Assembly (NCBI GenBank): GCA_041484665.1
Contig: JBGPIA010000001.1
Coordinates: 800,001 to 864,000, forward strand
Reading direction: 5' to 3'
Length of the DNA: 64,000 nt
Origin: Candidatus Krumholzibacteriia bacterium
GTDB taxonomy: Bacteria > Krumholzibacteriota > Krumholzibacteriia > JAJRXK01
Positions 50,273 through 60,537 of this stretch are shown piece by piece. Position 1 is the first letter of the stretch. Each line of letters begins with the position of its first letter. The notes under the pieces were generated by a model. The model saw only the letters and a program-made list of their open reading frames with translations, searched no databases and was not told the origin of the DNA. The translations under genes and the position numbers were made by a program.

Positions 50273-51094
50273 TCAGATCGTGCCCGTCGACGGCGACGGC
50301 GGCGCGCCCGCCGGCGACCCAACGGCGGTCGCGGGCGACGGCCCCGCGGCCGCGGTCGTGGCGCCGGTGGATGTCCGGGCGGGCAGCTTCGCCAGCCGCT
50401 CCTCGATCGCCGCCAGGATCGTCTCGAGGACCGTCGCGCGGGCGAAGTGCCGGTCGGTAGCCTCGACGATCGTCCAGGGGCCCCACTCCGTGGTCGTGCG
50501 CTCCAGCATCTCCTCGACTGCGCGGGCGTACTGGTCGTACTGCGCGTGGTGCTCCCAGTCCTCGGGGGCCACGTGCCAGGCCGTCAGGGGGTCCTTGCTG
50601 AGTCGCTTGAAACGGCGCTTCTGCTCTTTTTTTGTGATGTGGAGCCAGAACTTGAGGATGGCGTAGCCCTCGTCGGCCAGCGTCCGCTCGAAATCCACGA
50701 TGTCCCGGTAGGCGCGCCGCCAGAGCTTGGGCGGGGCGAGCTCCTCCACGCGCTCGACGAGGACGCGCCCGTACCAGGAGCGGTCGAAAATGGCCCAGTG
50801 TCCGCGCCCGGGCAGCCGCAGCCAGAAGCGCCACAGCCAGGGGCGACGCTTCTCCTCGCCGCGGGCTTCGCGGATCGGGTGGATGGTGAACCCGCGCGGG
50901 TCCATCAGCGAGCTCAGCAGGCGGATGGTCGTGCCCTTCCCCGCTGCGTCCCACCCCTCGAAGACGATCACCACCGGGATTCCAGCCTCCCACGAGGCCT
51001 TCTGGGCGGCGTAGAGCCGCTCGCCCAGCGCGGGAAGGATCCGGTCGTACTCCGCCTTCGCCAGCTGCTTGTCCAGATCGACCTGCTCGAGCAT
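50273..51094 (-). CDS. Polyphosphate kinase 2 family protein
   Basis: Motifs FEGWDAAGKG, MDPRGF, FDRSWYGRVL and KFWLHI. Start at MLEQVDL. Confidence 0.9.
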   Translation of the reverse strand: MLEQVDLDKQLAKAEYDRILPALGERLYAAQKASWEAGIPVVIVFEGWDAAGKGTTIRLLSSLMDPRGFTIHPIREARGEEKRRPWLWRFWLRLPGRGHWAIFDRSWYGRVLVERVEELAPPKLWRRAYRDIVDFERTLADEGYAILKFWLHITKKEQKRRFKRLSKDPLTAWHVAPEDWEHHAQYDQYARAVEEMLERTTTEWGPWTIVEATDRHFARATVLETILAAIEERLAKLPARTSTGATTAAAGPSPATAVGSPAGAPPSPSTGTI

Positions 51095-51219
51095 GACGGC
51101 CTGCCTGCGGCGGAGAGTCCGGGGCACCGTGGCAGGGAGCGCCGGCCGGCGCTCCCGCGGGGTGGGCCAAGCAAGGTTCGAACCGCCTGTGGCCGTCGCG
51201 GACCGGCGAGGCGCGGCGG

Positions 51220-51488
51220 CGCATGGAATCTACGCTCTGCTGTCACTCAGGCGAGCTGACGGTGCTCGATCAGCTCTGCATGGCGCCGGGAGGCCCGGCC
51301 CGTGACGAGGCCAAGCGGACGAGGTGCCAGGCGCACGCACGCGACCACGAGGTCGTCGATTGCGATCCCGCCGTGCTCGCTTGCGTCGCGAATGTGGAGC
51401 TGGGGAGCGCGGCGGTGGTCGTAGACCACGCAGAACATCCTGATCACGACAGGATCACGATCGCGAAAAATCGGCAGATTTCCGGCAT
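51220..51488 (-). pseudogene. DUF4160-family (toxin-like) pseudogene
   Basis: MPEICRFFAIVI, then a frameshift at a short TCGTGATC duplication into VIRMF..DH.R.PQLH...L.PRPLGLV..RA..H.AEL. In-frame TGA at 51247-51249. Confidence 0.75.
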
Positions 51489-51739
51489 TTGGGACCCTCC
51501 AGGGAGGCTGTCGCCTCGAAGGCGAAAGGATACGCCGCCGTGGAAACGCCGGCAACCGGGCGACCTCCGCCTGGGCAACCTCCGCCGCGCGGCTCCCCGC
51601 TGCCGCGCACCCGCGGAACCGGGGTGACGGGCTCCCTTGCCTTGGGTTACCCTGGACCCGTTTCTTGCGCGCCGGAGGCCGCTGGCTCTCCCTCCAGCCC
51701 CCGGCCCAGAGCTCCCCAGCCCTCCCAGAAGAGAGCCCA

Positions 51740-54541
51740 ATGATGCACTCACGATTCTTTGGACTGGCCGCGCTTGCGCTCGTTGCGCTGGGCGGCACCT
51801 CCCTCTGCTTCGCAGCCGAGCCCCGCATGATGACCTCCCTCGAGGGGATCAACGAGTACGTGCTGGACAACGGCCTGCAGGTGCTGTTGTACCCGGATGA
51901 CTCCAAGCCCACGGTCACCGTGAACGCGACGTACCTGGTCGGATCGCGGCACGAGGGCTACGGCGAGACCGGGATGGCTCACCTGCTCGAGCACATGCTG
52001 TTCAAGGGGACGCCCAAGCATTCGCAGATCTGGAAGGAGCTCCAGGAACACGGCGCCCAGTTCAACGGCTCGACCTGGTTCGACCGGACGAACTATTTCG
52101 AGACGATGCCCGCGACCCCGGAGAATCTCGAGTTCGGCCTCAATCTGGAGGCCGATCGCATGGTCAACAGTTTCGTGGCGAAGAAGGACCTCGACTCCGA
52201 GTTCTCGGTGGTGCGCAACGAGTTCGAGATCGGAGAGAACAGGCCCACCGACGTCCTCTCCGAGCGAGTGATGTCCACGGCCTATCTGTGGCACAACTAC
52301 GGCAAGTCGACCATCGGCTCGCGCGAGGACATCGAGCGGGTTCCGATCGAGCGGCTCCAGGCCTTCTACAAGAAATTCTACCAGCCTGACAACTGCGTGC
52401 TGATCGTGGCCGGGAAGTTCGACCCGAAGCAGACGCTTGCGCAAGTCAACACGGTCTTTGGTGCGACGCCGCGGCCCACGCGCACGCTCGAACCGACCTA
52501 CACCTGGGAGCCGACCCAGGACGGCGAGCGGGAAGTGACACTGCGCCGCGTCGGCGACACCCAGGCGCTCGACGTCGTCTACCATGTCTGCGCCGGAGCC
52601 CACGCGGACTTCGCCCCGGTCCAGGTGCTGGCGGACATCCTGGCCACTGAGCAGACGGGCCGCCTCTACAAGGCCCTGGTAGAGCCAGGGCTGGCGACGC
52701 GCGTATCAGCCCACAGCCAGGCCCTCCACGACCCGGGAGTGATCGAGATCGAGGTCGAGGCTCGTCTCGATCAATCGGCTCCCGAGATCCGCCATCGCCT
52801 GGCGGAGGTGCTCGACAACCTCGGCCATGAGACGTTCACGCAAGAGGAGGTGGACCGGGCGAAAAACGCCTCCTCCAAGAACTTCAACACGCTCATCAAC
52901 GACAGCAATCGCATTGGCGTCTCGCTGAGCGAATCGGCGGCGATGGGCGACTGGCGGCTCTTGTTCTGGAACCGGGATCGCATTGCGCAGGTCACGCCGG
53001 CGGACGTGCAACGGGTCGCTGCGCGCTATCTCAAGCCCAGCAACCGGACGATCGGAACGTTCATCCCCGACAAGACGCCTGACCGCTCCGAGATCCCGCC
53101 CACGCCGGACGTCGCGACGCTCCTGAAGGATTACCACGGAGGCGCCGAGGTGGCGAAGGGGGCCGCGTTCGAGGCGACCTACGCGGGCATCGAGGCGCAC
53201 ACGCAGCGCTCGAAGCTGCCCTTCGGAATGAAGCTGGCGCTCGTCCCGAAGGAGACCCGCAACAACCACGTCAATGTCGTCCTGAACCTCCGCTACGGTT
53301 CGGAGAAGGATCTCACGGGCAAGACGGAGGCGGCAGCATTCGTCCCCACGATGCTGATGCGCGGGACGACCAAGCATACCCGCCGCGAGATCCAGGACGC
53401 CTTCGATGCGCTCAAGGCGCAAGTGCGCTTCGGCGGCTTCGGGGGCGCCGGCCGCGGGCGGATGATGGGCATGGGCAACGGCCTGGGAACCCCCGGGGTC
53501 ATCGACGTGTCGATCGAGTGCAGCCGGGAGACGCTCGCGAAGGTGCTCGACCTGGTCGCGGAGGTGCTGCGCCAGCCGGCGTTCCCGGCGGACGAGTTCG
53601 AGACGCTGAAGAAAGAGACGCTTGCCGGAATCGAGCAGCAGATCTCCGAGCCGATGCCTCTGGTGATGGTCGAGGTGCAGCGTCGATTGAATCCCTATCC
53701 CGCGACCGACGTCCGCTACGTTGCGAAGCTGCCCGAGCAGGCCGAGCGGATCAAGGCCGTGACGCTGGACCAGGTGAAGGCGGTCTACGCGAGCCTCGTG
53801 GGAGCCAGCTTCTCTGAGGCGGCCGCGGTCGGCGACTTCGATGCCAGCCAATTCACTGCCTCGCTCACACAGCACTTCAGCGACTGGAAGAGCCCCAAGC
53901 CGTTCGAGCGGATCGTGAGGCCCTACAAGGCCACGGCGGCGGACTCGCTGGTCATCGACACGCCCGACAAGGCGAACTCGTTGTTCGCCATGGGAATGGC
54001 ACTGGAGATCCGCGACGATGATCCGGACTACCCGGCACTGTTCATGGCCAACTACATCCTGGGGGGCAGCGCCAGCTCGCGCTTCCTCAATCGCATCCGG
54101 CAGAAGGAAGGGCTCTCCTATACGTGCGGCACGGGGGTCCAGGCCGGCGCGCAGGATCGCAACGGCACGTTTATGGGCTTCGGCATGTGCGCCCCGCAGA
54201 ACGCCGAGAAAGCGCTGGCGTGTGGTCGCGAGGAGCTTTCGAAGCTGCTGCGGGAAGGAGTCGCTGGCCCGGAGCTGGACGATGCCAAAAAGGGCTATGC
54301 GCAACAGGTGGAGGTCCAGCTTGCCAACGATTCCATGGTGGCGATGCAGCTCGCGCAGGGCCTCTTCCTTGATCGCACGCTGAAGTTCAACGACGACCAG
54401 CAGAAGAAGATCGAGGCGCTCAAGGCGCAGGACGTCCCGGCGACCCTCGGCAAGTACGTGAAGCCCCAGAAGCTCGTGCTCATCCGCGCGGGCGACTTCT
54501 CCAAAAAGGCCGCCCCGCCGCAGCAGGCGACGGGCGGGTGA
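51740..54541 (+). CDS. Secreted M16 (pitrilysin-like) zinc peptidase
   Basis: Signal peptide, inverted zincin motif HLLEH, NGSTWFDRTNY, VVRNE and a C-terminal IRQKEGLSY. Confidence 0.93.
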   Translation: MMHSRFFGLAALALVALGGTSLCFAAEPRMMTSLEGINEYVLDNGLQVLLYPDDSKPTVTVNATYLVGSRHEGYGETGMAHLLEHMLFKGTPKHSQIWKELQEHGAQFNGSTWFDRTNYFETMPATPENLEFGLNLEADRMVNSFVAKKDLDSEFSVVRNEFEIGENRPTDVLSERVMSTAYLWHNYGKSTIGSREDIERVPIERLQAFYKKFYQPDNCVLIVAGKFDPKQTLAQVNTVFGATPRPTRTLEPTYTWEPTQDGEREVTLRRVGDTQALDVVYHVCAGAHADFAPVQVLADILATEQTGRLYKALVEPGLATRVSAHSQALHDPGVIEIEVEARLDQSAPEIRHRLAEVLDNLGHETFTQEEVDRAKNASSKNFNTLINDSNRIGVSLSESAAMGDWRLLFWNRDRIAQVTPADVQRVAARYLKPSNRTIGTFIPDKTPDRSEIPPTPDVATLLKDYHGGAEVAKGAAFEATYAGIEAHTQRSKLPFGMKLALVPKETRNNHVNVVLNLRYGSEKDLTGKTEAAAFVPTMLMRGTTKHTRREIQDAFDALKAQVRFGGFGGAGRGRMMGMGNGLGTPGVIDVSIECSRETLAKVLDLVAEVLRQPAFPADEFETLKKETLAGIEQQISEPMPLVMVEVQRRLNPYPATDVRYVAKLPEQAERIKAVTLDQVKAVYASLVGASFSEAAAVGDFDASQFTASLTQHFSDWKSPKPFERIVRPYKATAADSLVIDTPDKANSLFAMGMALEIRDDDPDYPALFMANYILGGSASSRFLNRIRQKEGLSYTCGTGVQAGAQDRNGTFMGFGMCAPQNAEKALACGREELSKLLREGVAGPELDDAKKGYAQQVEVQLANDSMVAMQLAQGLFLDRTLKFNDDQQKKIEALKAQDVPATLGKYVKPQKLVLIRAGDFSKKAAPPQQATGG

Positions 54542-54662
54542 TCCGCAGCGGATGACTGCCGGTGGACGAGTCTGGGCGTTTCTGTCTCGGCGTACGCGCC
54601 AGGCCGCAACAGGCCCGGCCTGGAGTCGGCGACGGCGATTGCGCCACCCGTGATCGAGCCGT

Positions 54663-54995
54663 TCAACTGCGGGCGCGGCGCGGAACAACCCGCGCCGCGT
54701 CCCCGGGCTGCGGCAAGCGCGGCTCCACGGTCACAGCCACCGTGGCGCCGATCCAGGCCTTTGCCGCCGCCTGGAGCTTTGCATCGACCGGCATCCAGAA
54801 GCGTCCCGAGCGCGCAACGATGAAGCTCTCGAACGGCACCCCGTTCAAGCGGCCCCGGACCGCGTGGCCCCGCCGGCCACGCCACAGCGCGCGAGCAGGG
54901 ATTCCCCAGCGCTTCGACGGATCGAAGGGCGCCTCGACGGCCGCTCCCTTGTGACCGTCCAAGATCACACCCTTGAATTGCGTCGTCTTCATCAT
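54663..54995 (-). CDS. DUF1905-like small beta protein
   Basis: AVE.PFD...WG, VRGRLNGVPFESFI and ..V...LQAAA...G..V.VTV pattern. Confidence 0.7.
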   Translation of the reverse strand: MMKTTQFKGVILDGHKGAAVEAPFDPSKRWGIPARALWRGRRGHAVRGRLNGVPFESFIVARSGRFWMPVDAKLQAAAKAWIGATVAVTVEPRLPQPGDAARVVPRRARS

Positions 54996-55063
54996 TCGTC
55001 CTTGCGATCATTCTACCGCGCTGCCACGGTCGCTCGCTCGCGCGCTGGACCCGTCCGCGGCGA

Positions 55064-56275
55064 TCATCGACCGAGTCCCCTGCCCGTCACCAAGTACACT
55101 GCGAAGCTCCCGAGCCAGTGGCCTCCCTCGTAGTGCTCGCCGGTCACGGCTTCCAGACCGGTGCGGCGGTGCGCCTGCGCTGCGGCTCGGATCGCCGCGA
55201 GGCGCGGATCGCCCGCGGGCAGCCCGCTGGCGATCCCCTCGAGCATCCACGCGCGGCTCAGGTTCAGGCCATCCAGGTGCGCGAGCTTGGGATCGGCGCG
55301 ATCGGTGACCTCGGCCACCGGTAGCCACCCTACCGAGCCGTCCTCCGCAATGCCAGGAAGGAAGCCGTGGAGCCAGACCGCGAACTCGTTGGGCGCAAGG
55401 ACGCGCCGCATCAGGTCGGCCTCGCCCAGGCAAGGCGAGAGGAAGTCCTGCCCCGAAGGCTCGAAGCTCAGATTGCAGCCGCAATCGTGCAGGTGGAACG
55501 CGCGCGCTTTCGCGACGACGAGCGTGGCGAGTGACTCCGCCGGCGCCGCGCCCGCGGCGCCGGCGCCACCGGTGGTGCCCGCCGCGCGGGCGCCGAGAAC
55601 GGTCCGGGTCCAATCGAGAACCAGCCCCAGTGAGAACGCCGTCTGGTCGTGCTCGCCGATACGGATCGGGTAGCGCAGCTTCGGCAGCCACACGATGAAG
55701 CGTGCTGCGGCCTCCGCCTCGAGCGGCTCGAGCGCGGCTGCCCAGCGTCGCGCGACAGGGTCATCCCACTCGTGCAGCTCGGCGCAGAGCTGCAACAGCC
55801 ACGCGAGCCCGTAGGGTCGCTCGAACGAAGCGCGCCCCGACCCGTGCAGGTAGGCGACCTCGCGGGCGATCTTCTCGGGGGTCAGGCTCTTGTCGAGCGC
55901 TGCGCGCGCCTGCGCGGCAAACGGTGCGTCTGGAAACGAGCGTACGATCCGTACCAGCAGCCAGTGTCCGTGCACCGAGGAGTGCCAGTCGTAGCAGCCG
56001 CAGAATGCGGGCGTGAGCTCCCGCGGCGGCGCCAGGTCGGCGTCGCTCTGCATGACGTGCGCGATCTTGTTGGGGTACTCGCGCCCGACGCAGTCGAGCG
56101 CGAGTCGGGCGAAGCGCTCGACGGCGGCGGGATCGAGCGCCGGAGCAGTCCCGGCGGCTTTGGCCGTGGTGGACCCAGCCGACAAGGAGAGGGCAGCGCA
56201 GACCAAGACAGCGAAGGAAAAGGCAGCCCGCGAGATCGCCGCAGCGAGCCAAGCCGTACGGACTCTCACGCTCAT
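55064..56275 (-). CDS. DUF2891 family secreted protein
   Basis: Motifs REYPNK, FCGCYDWHSSVHGHW, FERPYGLAW, EPSGQDFLSP, HLDGLNLSRAW and YEGGHWLGSFA. Confidence 0.88.
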   Translation of the reverse strand: MSVRVRTAWLAAAISRAAFSFAVLVCAALSLSAGSTTAKAAGTAPALDPAAVERFARLALDCVGREYPNKIAHVMQSDADLAPPRELTPAFCGCYDWHSSVHGHWLLVRIVRSFPDAPFAAQARAALDKSLTPEKIAREVAYLHGSGRASFERPYGLAWLLQLCAELHEWDDPVARRWAAALEPLEAEAAARFIVWLPKLRYPIRIGEHDQTAFSLGLVLDWTRTVLGARAAGTTGGAGAAGAAPAESLATLVVAKARAFHLHDCGCNLSFEPSGQDFLSPCLGEADLMRRVLAPNEFAVWLHGFLPGIAEDGSVGWLPVAEVTDRADPKLAHLDGLNLSRAWMLEGIASGLPAGDPRLAAIRAAAQAHRRTGLEAVTGEHYEGGHWLGSFAVYLVTGRGLGR

Positions 56276-56589
56276 CCTCCCGGTGTTTCGAATCGGTGCC
56301 CCACGCCTGGTGATCCAAGATCAGCGCACGCCGGCCAAAGGGAGACGATCTCGCCTTTGCCACCGGCCACGCCTTGGGCCAGCTGCATCAGGAGACTCTA
56401 CCGCGGCGTGGCCGCCTTGGGAAACCGCAGAGGGGCACGGCCGGGTGATCTCCCTTGGGCACCGCAGCGGCGGACGGCGAGCGGGCATCGCAGCACATCA
56501 GATCACATTTTCGGTGGATACGCGGCGCTTCCCCATGGGCGTATGGTGGTTCGGTCGCGCACCCGACCTGCGCACGAGGAGATAACGAG

Positions 56590-57171
56590 ATGAAGATCCC
56601 CCGGAACCAGATGCTGGCCGTGGCCGTGGCCCTGGGCCTTTGGACTCCGTTCTTCATCGGCTGCGAGGAGAGCGCTACGAGCCCGAAGCAGGCGGGTGGA
56701 AAGCTGCTGGGAGAATTCTCGCTGGTCGTCGCCGGCACGGGCGAGGAGCTGCCCGCCAGCACGTGGGAGGGGAAACTGCTCGTCCTGGTGTTCGAGCGGC
56801 CCACCTGCATCCACTGCGTGCGAGCTGCACCCTCCCTGCAGGACACGATCTGTTGCCTCTACGAGTCCCGCGGCGTGCAGCTCGTCGCCGTGTGCACCAG
56901 TACGGGGATCTCCGATAGCACGCTCGTGGATTTCGCCCGGCGCAATGGCTGGACGTTTCCGACGTGCAGGGCCAACGCGCCCTTGATGGCGCACATCGGG
57001 GTCCAGTTCGTGCCGTTCGTCGCCTTGCTGGATCGCGACGGAGTGCTGGTCTACAAAGACAGCTACGACAGCAACCTCATCCACGACAGCGACGTGAGCG
57101 CGCTGCGGCGCAAGCTCGATGAGTTGCTGGCGCCCCACCCGCTCCTCGCGCCGGCGGGGACAAGCGGTTGA
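56590..57171 (+). CDS. TlpA/redoxin-like thioredoxin-fold lipoprotein
   Basis: Lipobox FIGC, CIHC active site, and cis-Pro motif FVP..ALLDRDG. GAGGAG RBS. Confidence 0.78.
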   Translation: MKIPRNQMLAVAVALGLWTPFFIGCEESATSPKQAGGKLLGEFSLVVAGTGEELPASTWEGKLLVLVFERPTCIHCVRAAPSLQDTICCLYESRGVQLVAVCTSTGISDSTLVDFARRNGWTFPTCRANAPLMAHIGVQFVPFVALLDRDGVLVYKDSYDSNLIHDSDVSALRRKLDELLAPHPLLAPAGTSG

Positions 57172-57499
57172 CGAATGGAGGATTCCGTCTGCGCTGCGGT
57201 GCAGCCGCGTCGCTTCGACCCATGAGGGAGACGGGCGCCCCGCGGTGGCCCCGCCAGGCGTCCCCGCTCGGGACCGTCACCAACTGCCCCTCCACCACCA
57301 CTTCCTACCGCTTCGTATCTCTGCCGTCGCCAGCTCACACCCGCGCTCGCTGTCCCACTGCGCCAGCGCGATCGGCGCCGCGTAAGCCAAGGCAGGCAAC
57401 GGCGCCCTCTTGTGCTAGGGTCTGCCTGCTCGTACGACCGGACTCGCTCGGGCCGGTGAGTTGCAACCCACTGACTCGAGCCGACTGGAGGTGACCTCG

Positions 57500-58516
57500 A
57501 TGACCGAAGGCGGATTCGGACGACCCCACGATCCTCGCAGGATCGATCCCCGCAGCTTCAAGATTCCCGGCTTGGGCCAGGGCTGGCGCGTTCTGGCTCT
57601 GGCCGTCGTCGCGCTGGCGCTCCTGTTCTCGAGCTTCTACACCGTCGACCCCGAGCAGATCGGCGTCGTCCAGCGCTTTGGGCGCTACGTGCGCAGCTCC
57701 GACCCCGGGCTCCACCTGCGGCTGCCCCTGGGCATCGAGCGGGTCACGAAGGTCCCGGTGCAGCGGCAGCTCAAGGAGGAATTCGGGTTCCGTACCCTGC
57801 GCTCCGACATCCGCAGCCAGTTCACCACCCAGGGGCATGAGGGCGAGTCGAACATGCTGACCGGCGACCTCAACGCCGCGATGGTGGAGTGGGTCGTGCA
57901 GTACCGGATCGTGGATCCGTACAAGTACCTGTTCCGTGTGCGCGCAGTACAGAACACCTTCCGCGATATCTCCGAGGCGGTGATGCGCAAGGTGATCGGC
58001 GACCGAACCGTCAACGAGGTGCTGACCGTCGGGCGGTCGGAGGTCGCCACGCTGGCGGAGGCCGGGATCCGGCACCTGTGCGATCAGTACGAGACCGGCA
58101 TCAAGGTCGACCAGGTGGTGTTGCAGGACGTCAACCCGCCGGACCAGGTCAAGCCGTCCTTCAATGAGGTGAACCAGGCACAGCAGGAGCGCGAGAAGCT
58201 CATCAACGAGGCGCAGTCGGAATACAACAAGGTGATCCCGCGCGCGTCCGGAGAGGCCGAGCAGACGATCCAGCAAGCACAGGGCTACGCCCTCGATCGC
58301 GTCAACCGGTCCCGGGGTGACGCGACGCGCTTCCTGGCGGTCTACGAGGCGTACCGCCAGGCCCCCGACGTGACCCGCAAGCGCATCTACCTGGAAACGA
58401 TGGGACAGCTCCTGCCCAAGGTGCAGAGGAAGGTCATCGTGGACGACCAGCTGCGCAGCGTGCTGCCGCTGCTGAACCTCGAGCCCGCCAAGCGGGCGGC
58501 TGGAGGTGTGAAATGA
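57500..58516 (+). CDS. hflK: FtsH modulator HflK
   Basis: One TM segment, GVVQRFG, MLTGDLN, LQDVNPP..V..SF.EVNQA and YLETM. GGAGG RBS. Confidence 0.93.
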   Translation: MTEGGFGRPHDPRRIDPRSFKIPGLGQGWRVLALAVVALALLFSSFYTVDPEQIGVVQRFGRYVRSSDPGLHLRLPLGIERVTKVPVQRQLKEEFGFRTLRSDIRSQFTTQGHEGESNMLTGDLNAAMVEWVVQYRIVDPYKYLFRVRAVQNTFRDISEAVMRKVIGDRTVNEVLTVGRSEVATLAEAGIRHLCDQYETGIKVDQVVLQDVNPPDQVKPSFNEVNQAQQEREKLINEAQSEYNKVIPRASGEAEQTIQQAQGYALDRVNRSRGDATRFLAVYEAYRQAPDVTRKRIYLETMGQLLPKVQRKVIVDDQLRSVLPLLNLEPAKRAAGGVK

Positions 58517-59454
58517 GGGCCATCATCGCCGTCTTCGCGGGCTTCCTCCTGCTGATCGGGCTGGCCAACACATTTTATTCCGTCAACGAGTACGAGCAGG
58601 TGATCCTTACGCAGTTCGGCCGTCCGGTCAGCCAGCCGGTGAATACGCCCGGGCTGAAGGCGCGCACCCCGTTCATCCAGAAGATCCACCGCTTCGAGAA
58701 GCGTTTCCTGGAATGGGACGGCGACGCCAACCAGCTGCCGACGAAGGACAAGCGCTTCATCTGGGTGGATGCCTATGCCCGCTGGCGCATCACCGATCCG
58801 CTGCTCTTCTTCCAGCGCTTGCGCGACGAGCGCGGCGCCCAGACTCGGCTCGACGACATCCTCGACGGCGAAACGCGCAACGCCATCGCCAACCATGACC
58901 TGGTCGAGGTCATCCGTAGTTCCAACCGCAAGCCCTTCAGTGAGGGGATCGACTCGCTCGACACGGGGGGAGTGCTGGACTCGATTCGGGTGGGCCGCGA
59001 CGCGATCCGCACCGAAATCCTGGCCAAAGCGCAGTCGCGCACCAGCGATCTGGGGATCGAGATCCTCGACGTGCAGTTCAAGCGCATCAACTACGTAACG
59101 GAGGTCCAGTCCAAGGTCTACGAGCGCATGATCTCGGAGCGCCGCCGCATAGCCGACCGTTTCCGCTCCCAGGGCGAGGGCGAGGCGTCGCGCATCCGCG
59201 GCGAGCGGGAGCGCGAGCTCAAGCGCATCCAATCGGAAGCGTACCGCACGGCGTTCGAGATCATGGGCAAGGCCGACGCGGAGGCGAGCCGGATCTACGC
59301 CGACGCCTTCAACCGCTCCGCGGAAACGCGCGATTTCTACGAGTTCATCAAGACCATGGAGACGTACCCGAGCGCGTTGGATTCGTCGAGCACGCTGGTG
59401 CTGTCCACCGAGGGGGACTTCTACAAATACCTGAAGGGGTCGGGCAAGCGCTGA
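58513..59454 (+). CDS. hflC: FtsH modulator HflC
   Basis: TQFGRP, TKDKRFI.VD.YARWRITDP, GIEILDV, RMISER..IA..FRSQG and FYEF. Confidence 0.93.
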   Translation: MRAIIAVFAGFLLLIGLANTFYSVNEYEQVILTQFGRPVSQPVNTPGLKARTPFIQKIHRFEKRFLEWDGDANQLPTKDKRFIWVDAYARWRITDPLLFFQRLRDERGAQTRLDDILDGETRNAIANHDLVEVIRSSNRKPFSEGIDSLDTGGVLDSIRVGRDAIRTEILAKAQSRTSDLGIEILDVQFKRINYVTEVQSKVYERMISERRRIADRFRSQGEGEASRIRGERERELKRIQSEAYRTAFEIMGKADAEASRIYADAFNRSAETRDFYEFIKTMETYPSALDSSSTLVLSTEGDFYKYLKGSGKR

Positions 59455-59584
59455 GCGCCGGGCTCGCAGACTTCTCGCCTTTGCGCGCAGAGCTCCGGCC
59501 GCTGCGCGACGCGACGCGTCGGCGATGCTGGTGCGCGCCGCGCCGCCGTGCCGGTGCGCAGGCGCGCAGGTTGCGGGCCCCGCC

Positions 59585-60199
59585 TCACTCGGGCTTGCGC
59601 ACAGCCGCCTTGGAGAGGGCGGCCGTCGCCTTGTCGGGCATCGTGCCGGCGCTGCGCACGACCCACTCGAGACGGACCCTGGCGCTCTCGTAGTTTCCGG
59701 CCTGGGCGTCGCCTTGCGCCTCCTGTAGAGTGCTGGTGAGCGACACCAAGTCGCTGCGGAGCGCGTCAACCATCGCCCGGTTGCCGCGGCTGATCGGCAC
59801 GCCCTCCACGGTCGCGGTGGCGCTGTCCACGGCGGCCTGTGCCTGGGCCATCATCGCCGCGACCTCGGCGCGCAGCCGTTGTTGCTGCGTCTGCATGTTC
59901 GCTTTGGCCTCGGTGACGGCTTGCTTGCCCAGCTGCGTGGCGAGCTCGAACAGGCGCCGCGAGCGGCCGTAGCGCCGCGCCAGCGTGCTCCTCTCACTCT
60001 GCTGCTGCATCGCCGTAACGGCGGCCGCGAACGTGTCGGCGGCGGCATGGAAGGTCGCAGCAGCGTAGTAGTCGGCCTCGACAGTGCGCGCAGCATCCAA
60101 AGCGGCGTTGGCCGCGTGCATCTCGGTTTGGGGGGCGTCGCTGCAGCCGGCGGCGGCAGCCAGAGCCAGGGCGGCAATCGCAGAGGTGAGAAGCCTCAT
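59585..60199 (-). CDS. Helical lipoprotein (DUF4398-like)
   Basis: Lipobox AAGC, then P..E...A..ALDAAR..EAD.YA helical repeats. Confidence 0.68.
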   Translation of the reverse strand: MRLLTSAIAALALAAAAGCSDAPQTEMHAANAALDAARTVEADYYAAATFHAAADTFAAAVTAMQQQSERSTLARRYGRSRRLFELATQLGKQAVTEAKANMQTQQQRLRAEVAAMMAQAQAAVDSATATVEGVPISRGNRAMVDALRSDLVSLTSTLQEAQGDAQAGNYESARVRLEWVVRSAGTMPDKATAALSKAAVRKPE

Positions 60200-60537
60200 G
60201 GGTCTGCGGGTCCCTCGGGAATCCTCGGTTCGTGGCGCCGCGGCGCGGGCGGGCACCGGTTGCTGCCCGTTCCAGGGCAACCGAGCCCGAGTGACGGCCG
60301 GCGACACGGATGACGGCCGGCGCAAAAGGTCATGCATCGGCGCCAAATGTCAAGAGGCTCGGCCGCTCCCGGCCCTGCGGTACCCGTGGGCCCGCCGCGG
60401 CAAGGGCGCGCCCGGGCCTGTGAATCCGAGCCGGCGGGGCCGCTGGGGGGTCCAGGCCTCGCAACCGCATGCGTGGGGTGAGGTCCCTTGACCCTGCTCC
60501 CGCCGCTTCTTTACCCTGAAGAGCCCCCCGGGACGCC

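Noticed and set aside
51165..51195. tRNA suggested by a GGTTCGAAC T-loop-like string
   Set aside because: No cloverleaf or acceptor stem can be formed around it.
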